From Candidatus Micrarchaeota archaeon (lineage in GTDB: Archaea > Micrarchaeota > Micrarchaeia > Anstonellales > Bilamarchaeaceae): DNA of 64,000 nucleotides. Under the pieces are notes generated by a model. It saw nothing but the letters and a program-made list of their open reading frames with translations. It searched no databases and was not told where the DNA came from. The stretch's first letter is position 1. Every line of letters starts with the position of its first letter. Shown here piece after piece: positions 18,662 through 27,472 of this stretch. Both the position numbers and the translations under genes were made by a program. The DNA lies in NCBI GenBank assembly GCA_964588555.1, contig CAZPPT010000002.1, positions 101,979-165,978 on the forward strand. Reading direction: 5' to 3'.

Positions 18662-19800
18662 GGTTCTTCCCGCTCTCGTTTCTTGAGTAGTTTTTTCATG
18701 CTTTTCTTCTTTGATAAAACAGTGGTAAGCTCATCCACGACGCGATCGACTGCGGTTTGAAGGTCGTATTCCTCACTTGAAACGACAATGTGCTCCTTAT
18801 CTGCGGTAAGTGAAAGGTTGAGATGGTATACGGATTTCCCGCGCTTCGCATGCACGCTTACATCAGTTAATGAGAAAGACTTGGAAAATTTGGCGAGCTT
18901 TTCGCCGATTGTGTCTTTTATGTAATCATAACTTGCAAGGTCATCTTCACCAAGCCCGCTAATCACAAGAGGACGCTCATCCCTGCTTAGGGCCATAACT
19001 TCCTTAAAAAGATCAACTGCGGTCAGCACACCTGCCGGCTTTTTCCTTAGCAGAACAAGAATATGGGCGCTGTCATTCTGTACCATCTTTTGTGCTGCCT
19101 CCTGAAGCGATGCGCCTGCATCAATGGTAACGAGGTCGGGCCGCAAGAAATCTGAAATCCGGTGGTGGTCGGGCCGCCATATTTCCTTTATGAACTGTTC
19201 TCCTGCACGTCCCTTAGGCTCAGTAAATACAAGTGCAAGGTCGAGTGTTGAAAGCACGCCGACGGGTTGATCCTTGTCCATTACGACAAGATGGCGCGCG
19301 TTATATTCCTTCATGGCGCTTTTTACCTCACCGACGCTTGCATGGATGCCAATGGTGTATACTGGCGAGTTCATAAGTTCCGCCACTGCCTTTTTTGGAA
19401 TTGCGTTAAATGTAAGAAGGTCATTAATAAGCTCAATACGGGTGCTCAAACCAAGGAGCTTGTTGTTTCGCTCTTCAAATACCGGAAGTGCCTTGAAATG
19501 GCCTGCCATAAACGCATGAACGCGGTCAAGGATAGAGCTCGTTGGATAAAGGAATGGTGCCTTTACGCACACCGTGTCGCATTTCGTCTTGCTTACATCA
19601 GCAAGTCCAAGACGGATATTACGGTCATCAATAATCCCCTGGTACGCCTTGCCCTTCATGACAACAACAGTGGTTCCGGCGCGTACCACTTCGCCAAGGG
19701 CCTTTGACACAGGTTCATCCGAATCAAATACACGGGTTGATTTTATATCCATAGCCATACCTCCTTTTGCCATCCGCAAATATATAAATACATAATACAT
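18658..19800 (-). CDS. CBS-domain protein with C-terminal ribosome-hibernation-factor (HPF/RaiA)-like domain
   Basis: Repeated CBS-like segments. The last ~100 aa (ISGLGEDDLASYDYIKDTIGEKLAKF...SLTDVSVHAKRGKSVYHLNLSL...YDLQTAVDRVVDELTTVLSKKKS) align by eye to E. coli HPF (ITGNNVEITEALREFVTAKFAKL...VYVVLKVEK...MYAAIDGLIDKLARQLTKHKDK). Confidence 0.55.
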   Translation of the reverse strand: MYYVFIYLRMAKGGMAMDIKSTRVFDSDEPVSKALGEVVRAGTTVVVMKGKAYQGIIDDRNIRLGLADVSKTKCDTVCVKAPFLYPTSSILDRVHAFMAGHFKALPVFEERNNKLLGLSTRIELINDLLTFNAIPKKAVAELMNSPVYTIGIHASVGEVKSAMKEYNARHLVVMDKDQPVGVLSTLDLALVFTEPKGRAGEQFIKEIWRPDHHRISDFLRPDLVTIDAGASLQEAAQKMVQNDSAHILVLLRKKPAGVLTAVDLFKEVMALSRDERPLVISGLGEDDLASYDYIKDTIGEKLAKFSKSFSLTDVSVHAKRGKSVYHLNLSLTADKEHIVVSSEEYDLQTAVDRVVDELTTVLSKKKSMKKLLKKREREEP

Positions 19801-19811
19801 TATAAAGAATT

Positions 19812-20543
19812 ATGGCGACCAGTAGCGATGAACTCCCAATAGCAGTTACGGAAACACTACCGCTAAAACATGAACGGTTCAACCTGGACAAGATCATCAC
19901 AAAGCCGACGTGGAAGGAAATACTCCTTGAGCTGATCGCAACAAGGCGCCTTGACCCTTGGAACGTGGACATAGTACTTATTGCGGAGGGCTTCCTAAAA
20001 AAAATACGCGAAATGGAAAAACTTGACCTCCTTGTTCCGGCAAACATTATCCTTGCGGCCTCGATACTTCTCAGGTATAAAAGCGATTACATACGGTTTG
20101 AGGAGCCGCAAGCAGAAGTTATCATGCCCCTTGACGAAGGTGAACGCGTGTTTGAAAGCGTACCCCAGCTTGAACTCTCTGCCCGCATCCCGCCAAAACG
20201 ACAGATCACCCTTGACGAGCTTATGGGGGAAATGGAACGAGTGATCAAATATGACAACGGCGAACGTACCATACGGCAGCCAAAACCGATCGACATCGTG
20301 CACATTGCCGTGAAAGATTTTGACATTGACAAAAAAATGGAAGAAGTATTTGCACAAATAGAGACAAGTATAGACGAGCAGGGCTGGACCATGTTTTCGC
20401 GAATTATCCCAAAGAACGAACGTACTGAAATAATGTATGTGCTCCTTTCGCTTCTTCACCTTACCCAAAGCCAAAAGGTGGACATACGGCAGGACGAGAT
20501 TTTTGGGGATATTTTTATCCAGGTATTAAAGGAGAAAAAGTAA
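19812..20543 (+). CDS. scpA: segregation and condensation protein A (kleisin)
   Basis: LDPWNVDIVLIAEGFL and the ScpA-like N-terminal pattern. Confidence 0.65.
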   Translation: MATSSDELPIAVTETLPLKHERFNLDKIITKPTWKEILLELIATRRLDPWNVDIVLIAEGFLKKIREMEKLDLLVPANIILAASILLRYKSDYIRFEEPQAEVIMPLDEGERVFESVPQLELSARIPPKRQITLDELMGEMERVIKYDNGERTIRQPKPIDIVHIAVKDFDIDKKMEEVFAQIETSIDEQGWTMFSRIIPKNERTEIMYVLLSLLHLTQSQKVDIRQDEIFGDIFIQVLKEKK

Positions 20544-20778
20544 AATAAAGTTGAGAAATAAGGGCAAAATAGACAAGTGCAATGAAAATATCCGTATATA
20601 GAGACTACTTACAATAAAGGAATAACGAAGCGGAGTTTCAGTATAGTCGGTTTTTAAAAAATAATGCCCATTATCAGGTGCAGGCTTTGTTTGGCTGATT
20701 GGAAAAAGATAAAAACGTAATAAAAATGAGAAAAAGGTCGATGGGCAACAATATATGAAAATGAAAATTCTCAGCTTT

Positions 20779-20790
20779 CATATCAAAAAA
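20779..20790 (-). terminator. oligo-T terminator (minus strand) preceded by hairpin, downstream of sepF
   Basis: Hairpin tgaaa...tttca, then A10 on the plus strand (T10 on the minus strand), about 25 nt past the sepF stop. Confidence 0.35.
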
Positions 20791-20813
20791 AAAACCGTTG
20801 CCAAAATAAAAAA

Positions 20814-21179
20814 TTACGCCCGTGGAGCCTTTGGTTTTGATTTGACAATCTTCACGTTTGAAGGGGTCAAGAGCACCGCATCCTGTGAAAGAAGTGCAAT
20901 GTCGCCATTCATTTTTGAAGCCTGCATTTTGAGGCTTGCAAGTATTCCCTTCAACCGATTTGGCTGCTTTGAAAGCGGAAATATATTCATGATGATGATG
21001 TTCTTGCTTGCGAGCTCCTTTACGGCTAGTTCCGCGTCGCCTTCGTTTCGTAAATCAATGCGCTTTACGTAAAAATCAGCAGGAGGATTAATGATGTCCC
21101 CTTCGCTATCGATCAATTCTTCGATATCGGGAACTTCCTGTGTTTCGTTTTTACCAAAAAGTTTATCTAACAAACCCAT
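20814..21179 (-). CDS. sepF: cell division protein SepF
   Basis: MGLLDKLFGK start, FYVKRIDLRNEGDAELAVKELASKNIIIMNI and ALLSQDAVLLTPSNVKIV match the SepF fold signature. ORF listed to 21191. Confidence 0.7.
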   Translation of the reverse strand: MGLLDKLFGKNETQEVPDIEELIDSEGDIINPPADFYVKRIDLRNEGDAELAVKELASKNIIIMNIFPLSKQPNRLKGILASLKMQASKMNGDIALLSQDAVLLTPSNVKIVKSKPKAPRA

Positions 21180-21257
21180 CGTACCACCCAATAATTATTA
21201 TACCCGCTAATGTAATAATACAATTGATTTTTAAATGCTCGCCCCTCTGAGAGAAAA

Positions 21258-22034
21258 TTGCATGAGTACTTAAAATTTTCCGTGCATAAAATAGTGATGG
21301 CAACGCACAAAATCGTAAAGCGTGACGGGCACGCATACATTGAATTGCCACCGCAATTCCTTAATGAGGAGGAAGTGGAACTATTCATGCTCCGTGACGG
21401 CTATTACTTGCTCACATACGCGCTTGCAACGCTTGGAACAACAAAACAACAAGAGATACCTGCTGAAAGGCCGGCCGGACGCGCGAAGGGCATAACGGAT
21501 GCCGAGAAGGCGGTGCTGAAAAAAATGCTTGCCGTAAAGTTTGAACTGCGTACGCCGCCAAATATCCAAAAACAGCTTACTCCTGAAGAACGCCAGACGC
21601 TTGAAAACCTTGTCCAAAAGAATATGATAAATGTCTTCAAGAGCAAGAAATATCCCGAAGGGGTATACAACGTGCGGGATTCCGTGTACGGGATGCTTAA
21701 GGAAACGCCGGGACAACCGCGGGAGACACCGGATTACTTCATAACATCAGACCAAAAGGAGGCATACTTCTTTTCACAAAATGCAAAAAAGGCGGGGCAC
21801 GACAAGGAGATAATCGCGGTGAAGGGGTTTGACGGCAGGTTTTATGCAGTTACAAAAAAATACCTTCAGCGAGTACAGCCGGTTATTAAAGATGCGCTCA
21901 CAAGCGAAACCGAGCTAAGTAAAGTTGCAAAAAAGGCAGGCCTTGAACCTGAGGCGGTACGCGCAGTATTGACCATCCTTTCAGAGCGTGGCGAAGTAAT
22001 AGAAAAGAGAAGGGACACGTTTGCGCTTGCATAA
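21258..22034 (+). CDS. hypothetical protein, divergent from sepF
   Basis: 258-aa ORF with no motifs recognised. Start codon uncertain. Confidence 0.3.
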   Translation: MHEYLKFSVHKIVMATHKIVKRDGHAYIELPPQFLNEEEVELFMLRDGYYLLTYALATLGTTKQQEIPAERPAGRAKGITDAEKAVLKKMLAVKFELRTPPNIQKQLTPEERQTLENLVQKNMINVFKSKKYPEGVYNVRDSVYGMLKETPGQPRETPDYFITSDQKEAYFFSQNAKKAGHDKEIIAVKGFDGRFYAVTKKYLQRVQPVIKDALTSETELSKVAKKAGLEPEAVRAVLTILSERGEVIEKRRDTFALA

Positions 22035-22081
22035 GTGGTAAAAGAAGTATTTTTATAAATATTTCTATTATAAAAAATAAT

Positions 22082-22888
22082 ATGAAAGAAACCATTCAAA
22101 GTCGTTTACATATTTTTAGAGGCTCAGTACGGAAAAGGATATCCGAAACATTAAAACCAACGGCAGAAGGTTTAATTCTCCCAAAGGCAGCCGTAAGCAC
22201 TGCAGTGGTTGCTAAACTAAAAACAGCATATGGGGAATTTGATATGCTAGAACAAGATAATGCTATTGTCATAAACCCAGTATGCCTTGCTGATGAAAAG
22301 CTTGAAAAATTGATACTAGATTTGTTCTTTTTGATAAACAACCCAAACCTTCCTTTAGAAAATCTATCTAATTATTTAGATACGTACGACCCAAAAAATG
22401 ATAGCCAAAGAGAACTCTTAAGGTTTGCAAATAAACTTTTGGGAGTTGCGCGGGATGATCCTGCACTTAAAGGAGGGTTGTTTATACAGGGGCGTGCGGG
22501 TGTTGGAAAAAGCCATATTGCAGTTGCAGTAACAAAAGAAGCGATAAAACTGGGATTAATAGCTCATTTTGTAAGTTCAGATAGGCCCGGGTCATCAGAA
22601 TCTAAACTAGGCCCGGGCCAAGTATGGGTTATTGATGATTTTAATAATGGATACGGAAACGGGGCACATCTCTTTAAAAGTGTGATACTAAATGCACATG
22701 AAAGGGGAGGAGTGGTATTTGTAACAAGTAATTCAACTTACGAAAAGTTACTAGATGAAATGTTTCCGGCGTATTCAGGACCTCATCCAGAAAGGCAGCG
22801 ATATGAGGACCGAACAAGAGGGATGTTTAAAGTGCTAAAAATTGAAGGGGATAGCCATAGGGAGGAACATGCATGGTGGAAAGGCTAG
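22082..22888 (+). CDS. DnaC/IstB-like AAA+ P-loop ATPase
   Basis: Walker A LFIQGRAGVGKSHIAVAV and Walker B VWVIDDF, as in DnaC/IstB helper ATPases. Confidence 0.5.
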   Translation: MKETIQSRLHIFRGSVRKRISETLKPTAEGLILPKAAVSTAVVAKLKTAYGEFDMLEQDNAIVINPVCLADEKLEKLILDLFFLINNPNLPLENLSNYLDTYDPKNDSQRELLRFANKLLGVARDDPALKGGLFIQGRAGVGKSHIAVAVTKEAIKLGLIAHFVSSDRPGSSESKLGPGQVWVIDDFNNGYGNGAHLFKSVILNAHERGGVVFVTSNSTYEKLLDEMFPAYSGPHPERQRYEDRTRGMFKVLKIEGDSHREEHAWWKG

Positions 22889-22997
22889 ACCCACTCTTTT
22901 TAAGAAGTTAGCCCATTATATAGTCTAAAACTGGTTAGTTGGATTACTAGGTGTTATTTAACGAACTAGTTTTGGAAAATAAGTTTTGGTCAAACTT

Positions 22998-23048
22998 CCC
23001 AATTGTTCGGGTTCGAACAATGGGCATCATGTCCGTGCTACGGACATG
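22998..23048. repeat. two adjacent perfect hairpins (ATTGTTCG/CGAACAAT stem and CATGTCCG/CGGACATG stem)
   Basis: Both hairpins were read directly. They lie between the ATPase stop and the tRNA 5' end. Confidence 0.5.
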
Positions 23049-23108
23049 CTTGTTCCTAAAAGTTTGAAGCAGGGATGGCAGAGTCCGGTCAAATGCGCGG
23101 GACTTAAG

Positions 23109-23163
23109 TTGCGCCTTTTCAAAAAGGCGCCCCAAAATTGGTTCGCTAAATGCGAAATAAGTT
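23109..23163 (+). other. tRNA intron 1 (55 nt, canonical position 37/38)
   Basis: It interrupts the anticodon loop after CUUAAG and contains the hairpin GCGCCTTTTCAAAAAGGCGC. Confidence 0.45.
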
Positions 23164-23195
23164 ATCCCGTGACTTAGTGTCTGCGACGGTTCAAA

Positions 23196-23334
23196 GGCTT
23201 TTTGACTTCAGCATTTCTGATGGCAAAAACCCTGGAAAAAGCCCTGAGGGTCAACTCTGATCCTTTTGGTTTTTGGGTCAAGCCTTTTTGATACTAGAAA
23301 ACTAGTTGATAGTAAAAAGGCTTGAACTGATAAT
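23196..23334 (+). other. tRNA intron 2 (~139 nt, non-canonical T-loop position 59/60)
   Basis: It separates GACGG-TTCAAA from T-CCGTC. The exact boundary is ambiguous by 1-2 nt. Confidence 0.4.
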
Positions 23335-23349
23335 CCGTCTCCCTGCATT

Positions 23350-23511
23350 TTATTTTCTCTTTACTGCATGCTTCGTAATCTCAACCGAGCACGAGTGGTG
23401 TTTTTTGCAAAAATCCTCGCAACGCTGCGCGATATCCTTTTCAGAGTATGCAAAGCCGCATGATTCACAGACGAAAACGCTGCCTTCGTTACAGACCTCT
23501 TGTTTCACCAT
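23350..23511 (-). CDS. small zinc-ribbon protein (53 aa)
   Basis: MVKQEVCNEGSVFVCESCGFAYSEKDIAQRCEDFCKKHHSCS has two Cys pairs. It starts 11 nt after the upstream gene's stop and is convergent with the tRNA. Confidence 0.35.
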   Translation of the reverse strand: MVKQEVCNEGSVFVCESCGFAYSEKDIAQRCEDFCKKHHSCSVEITKHAVKRK

Positions 23512-23521
23512 TGCAATCGCC

Positions 23522-24499
23522 TTACAAAATTTTCGCATTCTTTCCGTCAAAATAAACTGTCTCCTCATACCGTAAGCCGTAGTCGTCAAAATAAACTGCC
23601 GGCTCAATTGCAACCGTGGCTCCGTTGATCGGATCCGTCGATTTTTTTCCCAAGCGCGGAGCCTCGTGGACTTCAAGGCCGATACCGTGACCAATGGAAT
23701 GAATCATTTCAGGAAGTGAAAATTGTTTGATAAGTTGGGCGCTGTAAAGTGCAACACCTTTTCCCGTTTTTAATTTTGGCATGTTCGAAACGATTGAGCG
23801 GGTCATTTTAATTAGTTGATTATAAATTCGTTTTCGTTCAGTATTCTTTTTTGTATTTTTTAAGAAAAAACATCTTGTCAAATCAGCGCAATACTGTTTG
23901 TACCTCACGCCATAATCAATAAGCACCATTTCGCCAAGCTTTACATCCCCGCTTCGATAATGGGGGAAGCGTGCGTTTCTGTCTGTTGCGACGATCGGCT
24001 CAAATGCCGGCTCGCAGCCATGCTTTAGGGTTTCAATAAGGAGGTATTTTTTTATATCGACCTCAGTTTTCATTTTTGAAAAATCGATGGAATTGAATAT
24101 TTTTTTGGTGATCGACACGGCGCGGGCAATTTTTGAAACTTCGTCTTTTCTTTTTGTTGTCCGTGCACGCGCGAAAAAATCGCTTTCGTCACGAAGTTTA
24201 CACATTGTTTTTAAGCGCGCCGCAAGGCGTAATGTGATTGTGGTCCCATCGATTCCAACCGCCTTATTTTTTAAGAGCGGCTTGAGCGTTTCAAGTACGC
24301 TTCCTTCATACACGACAACGTCCCCATTAAATCGCTCTTTTGCCAATTTTTCATTGAGGCGCGGCACAATAAGCGTCTTTTTTCCATTTTCCAAAAGTAA
24401 AAACGCATGGTCAATGTCCATGCCTGCATAATAATAGAAGTTCGGATCAAACGCCTCGCCGCGATACAAAAGAAGTGGATGCATGAAAATTGAACGCAA
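23522..24499 (-). CDS. M24-family metallopeptidase (Xaa-Pro aminopeptidase/prolidase-like)
   Basis: HSIGHGIGLEVHEAP and the pita-bread-fold metal ligand pattern. Confidence 0.7.
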   Translation of the reverse strand: MRSIFMHPLLLYRGEAFDPNFYYYAGMDIDHAFLLLENGKKTLIVPRLNEKLAKERFNGDVVVYEGSVLETLKPLLKNKAVGIDGTTITLRLAARLKTMCKLRDESDFFARARTTKRKDEVSKIARAVSITKKIFNSIDFSKMKTEVDIKKYLLIETLKHGCEPAFEPIVATDRNARFPHYRSGDVKLGEMVLIDYGVRYKQYCADLTRCFFLKNTKKNTERKRIYNQLIKMTRSIVSNMPKLKTGKGVALYSAQLIKQFSLPEMIHSIGHGIGLEVHEAPRLGKKSTDPINGATVAIEPAVYFDDYGLRYEETVYFDGKNAKIL

Positions 24500-24513
24500 A
24501 TAAGGAATAAAAA

Positions 24514-27342
24514 CTAGGCGGATAGAACCTTTTTCAAAAATTCCCCTGTATAACTTCGCTTGTTCCCTGCAAGCTCCTCAGGGGTACCGGTTGCAATAAT
24601 TTCGCCGCCCCCACTGCCGCCTTCTGGCCCGAGATCAATGATATAATCGGATGATTTGATCACATCTAAATTGTGCTCAATAATGAAAATCGAGTTGCCC
24701 TTGTCAACCAAGCGATTCAGTACTGCAATAAGCTTTTTCACATCCTCAAAGTGAAGGCCGGTTGTGGGCTCGTCAAGAATATATACGGTATGCCCCTTGT
24801 TTGACTTTGAAAGCTCGCGAGTGATCTTGATGCGCTGCGCTTCGCCGCCTGAAAGCGTGACTGAGGATTGCCCAAGCTTGATATAGCCAAGGCCGACATC
24901 GATTAACGTGCGAAGTTTGCGTTCGATGCGCGGAATGTTCTTGAAGAACTCATATGCCTCCTCGACACTCATGTCAAGGACATCTGCGATGGTCTTGCCC
25001 TTATATGTGACAAGAAGCGTTTCGGAATTGTACCGCTTCCCCTTGCACACCTCGCACTGAATATACACGTCTGGAAGGAAATTCATTTCAATCTTGATTT
25101 GTCCGTCGCCTCTGCAGTTTTCGCAGCGTCCGCCGAAGACGTTAAATGAGAAACGCCCAAGGTCGTAGCCAAGCTCCTTTGCCTCTTTTGTTGCCGCAAA
25201 CAGTTCGCGCATATAGTCAAACACCTTTGTGTAGGTCGCGGGGTTGCTTCGGGGGGTTCGCCCAATCGGCTCCTGGTCAATGTTGATGACTGCGTCAATC
25301 GGAACATTGTATGAAATACGCGCGTGCTTACCGACGCGAAGCACTGAGGAGTATATCGTTTTCATAAGCTGTGCATAGAGGACGTCGTGGACGAGTGTCG
25401 ACTTGCCACTCCCACTTACGCCGGTAATTGCGCAAATGACGTGCGTGGGGAGTTTTATATTTATTTTTTTGAGATTATGCTCCTCGACTCCTTCTAAGAA
25501 TATTGCCCCCTTTTGGATACGGCGTATTTTTGGTATGGGGATCGTGAGATTTCTTGAAAGATACTGGCCGGTAAGGCTTTTTGGATCCGTTTCGACATCA
25601 CGGGGCGTACCTTCTGCAACAATAGTGCCACCGTGAACGCCTGCGCCAGGGCCCATGTCAACAAGCCAATCAGCTGCACGCATCGTGTCCTCGTCATGTT
25701 CAACAACTAAGAGCGTGTTTCCCAAATCACGCAAGCGATGGAGCGTGTCGATCAATTTATGGTTGTCGCGCTGGTGTAGCCCGATTGACGGTTCGTCAAG
25801 CACATAAAGCACACCCATAAGGTTTGAGCCGATCTGTGTTGCAAGCCGGATGCGCTGTGCCTCGCCGCCTGAAAGCGTCCCCGCGCTTCTGGATAAAGTA
25901 AGGTAGCCGACGCCGACGTTTACAAGGAATGCAAGACGTGAATCGATTTCCCTTAGTATGAGGCGCGCAATTTCTTTTTCCTTATCCGTAAGCGTAATCG
26001 ACTTAAAAAAAGCATGTGTATCGACGATTGCCATCTCAGTAACATCGCTGATTGATTTTTCATTGACCCACACAAAGAGCACTTCCTTCTTAAGGCGCTT
26101 TCCGTTGCATGCCGGACAATCGCTTGAACGCATAAATTTCTCCATTTCTTCCCTTCGGTACTCGGATTCGGTCTGCTTGTACAAGCGCTCTGCCTGCGGT
26201 ATGACCCCTTCCCATCCGTTTTCCATATGCATGCTTGCGCCATTGCTCCATCTGCCGTAAAGCGGCTTGGTAATCCCGTACAATAATGCGTCAAGCTGCT
26301 TTTTGCCAAATTCAGACAGTGGCGTATCAAGATCAAAGCCCGCCTCCTTGCCAACGATACGCAATTGTTGGGCACGCCACGTTAAATCAACATTTCCATA
26401 GATTGCGAGTGCGCCCTCGCGTATTGTCTTGCGTTTGTCAGGGATGATAAGATCAGGATCAAACTCCTGCTTAAACCCTAACCCATGACACGCCTCACAC
26501 GCACCAAAGGGAGAGTTAAAGGAAAACATACGCGGCTGCAGTTCCTCAAAACCGATCTCGTGATCCGGGCACGTCGCAAGCGTGGTGAAGAGCTTTTCCC
26601 CCCATATTTCCCCTTGCTCGTAAAGCACAACTACAATACCTTTTGCAAGCACGGTTGCGCTTTCAAGTGCCTGGTGGAGGCGCGAAAGCGTTTGTTTGTC
26701 CTTAGCCACCTGGATTCGGTCGACGACAATTTCAATGGTGTGCTGCTTGTAACGGTCAAGCGTTAATTTCTCGTCAGTTTCCTTTATTTCGCCATTGACG
26801 CGCATACGTGTAAATCCTTGCTTTTTAAATTGGTCGCCGATCCGCTCGTAGGTCCCTTTTTTCTTCCGGATGACAGGTGAAAGTATTTGTATCCGCTTTC
26901 CGTCAAAGCGTTCGAGAACCTGGTCGCGAAGCTGTTCTATCGTTTGCGGCTTAAGCGGCTTTTCACATGCAGGGCAGTGCGGCGTGCCGATACGGGCAAA
27001 AAGGAGACGGAGATAGTCGTATATTTCAGTAACCGTGCCGACTGTTGAACGCGGGTTCTTTGAAGTCGTTTTCTGCTCAATTGAAATTGCAGGAGAAAGT
27101 CCGTCAATTGAATCAACATCCGGCTTATCCATGACGCCTAAGAATTGCCGTGCATATGCGGAGAGCGATTCGACATACCTGCGCTGCCCTTCAGCATAAA
27201 TGGTATCAAACGCAAGCGTTGACTTGCCCGACCCTGAAAGGCCGGTAATGACAATGAACTTGTCACGCGGCAGCGTAACGGTGATGTTTTTGAGATTGTG
27301 TTCTCTTGCGCCTCGTACGATTATGTCTTTCATAAAAGTCAA
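24514..27342 (-). CDS. uvrA: excinuclease ABC subunit A
   Basis: Two ABC modules with Walker A GLSGSGKSTLAFDT and GVSGSGKSTLV, signature LSGGEAQR twice, and zinc-finger Cys clusters. Confidence 0.9.
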   Translation of the reverse strand: MTFMKDIIVRGAREHNLKNITVTLPRDKFIVITGLSGSGKSTLAFDTIYAEGQRRYVESLSAYARQFLGVMDKPDVDSIDGLSPAISIEQKTTSKNPRSTVGTVTEIYDYLRLLFARIGTPHCPACEKPLKPQTIEQLRDQVLERFDGKRIQILSPVIRKKKGTYERIGDQFKKQGFTRMRVNGEIKETDEKLTLDRYKQHTIEIVVDRIQVAKDKQTLSRLHQALESATVLAKGIVVVLYEQGEIWGEKLFTTLATCPDHEIGFEELQPRMFSFNSPFGACEACHGLGFKQEFDPDLIIPDKRKTIREGALAIYGNVDLTWRAQQLRIVGKEAGFDLDTPLSEFGKKQLDALLYGITKPLYGRWSNGASMHMENGWEGVIPQAERLYKQTESEYRREEMEKFMRSSDCPACNGKRLKKEVLFVWVNEKSISDVTEMAIVDTHAFFKSITLTDKEKEIARLILREIDSRLAFLVNVGVGYLTLSRSAGTLSGGEAQRIRLATQIGSNLMGVLYVLDEPSIGLHQRDNHKLIDTLHRLRDLGNTLLVVEHDEDTMRAADWLVDMGPGAGVHGGTIVAEGTPRDVETDPKSLTGQYLSRNLTIPIPKIRRIQKGAIFLEGVEEHNLKKINIKLPTHVICAITGVSGSGKSTLVHDVLYAQLMKTIYSSVLRVGKHARISYNVPIDAVINIDQEPIGRTPRSNPATYTKVFDYMRELFAATKEAKELGYDLGRFSFNVFGGRCENCRGDGQIKIEMNFLPDVYIQCEVCKGKRYNSETLLVTYKGKTIADVLDMSVEEAYEFFKNIPRIERKLRTLIDVGLGYIKLGQSSVTLSGGEAQRIKITRELSKSNKGHTVYILDEPTTGLHFEDVKKLIAVLNRLVDKGNSIFIIEHNLDVIKSSDYIIDLGPEGGSGGGEIIATGTPEELAGNKRSYTGEFLKKVLSA

Positions 27343-27472
27343 TCCGTTAAAAGTGAGTATTCACTTCTTTTTGGAGGCGTTATAATAAAAAACAACGCCA
27401 AACAAAGGTTTTAACCCATCTACAACAATCATCAATCACAAAGAATATAAATTTTGAAGCATTGATGGAACT

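Larger units (their letters stand above)
23069..23348 (+). tRNA. tRNA-Leu(UAA), pre-tRNA with two introns (anticodon-loop 37/38 and T-loop 59/60)
   Basis: Exons assemble to GCAGGGA-TG-GCAGAGTCCGGTCAAATGCG-CGGGACTTAAGATCCCG-TGACTTAGTGTCTGC-GACGGTTCAAATCCGTC-TCCCTGC-A. This gives a 7-bp acceptor stem, a Leu-type D-arm (GCnGAG..GGTCAAA), anticodon arm CGGGA/CUUAAGA/UCCCG, a long variable arm and a T-arm GACGG/CCGTC. An oligo-T follows the discriminator. Confidence 0.55.

Noticed and set aside
22585-22620. palindrome GGCCCGGGTCATCAGAATCTAAACTAGGCCCGGGCC
   Set aside because: It lies inside the DnaC/IstB-like CDS and encodes DRPGSSESKLGPGQ. It was noted as a possible recombination or restriction site, but nothing supports an independent feature.
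22947-23177. 62-63-aa ORFs on both strands
   Set aside because: They overlap the hairpins and the tRNA-Leu 5' exon, and the region is better explained as RNA.
23306-23575. 89-aa plus-strand ORF
   Set aside because: It spans the tRNA 3' exon and terminator and is antisense to the zinc-ribbon gene, so it is most likely spurious.
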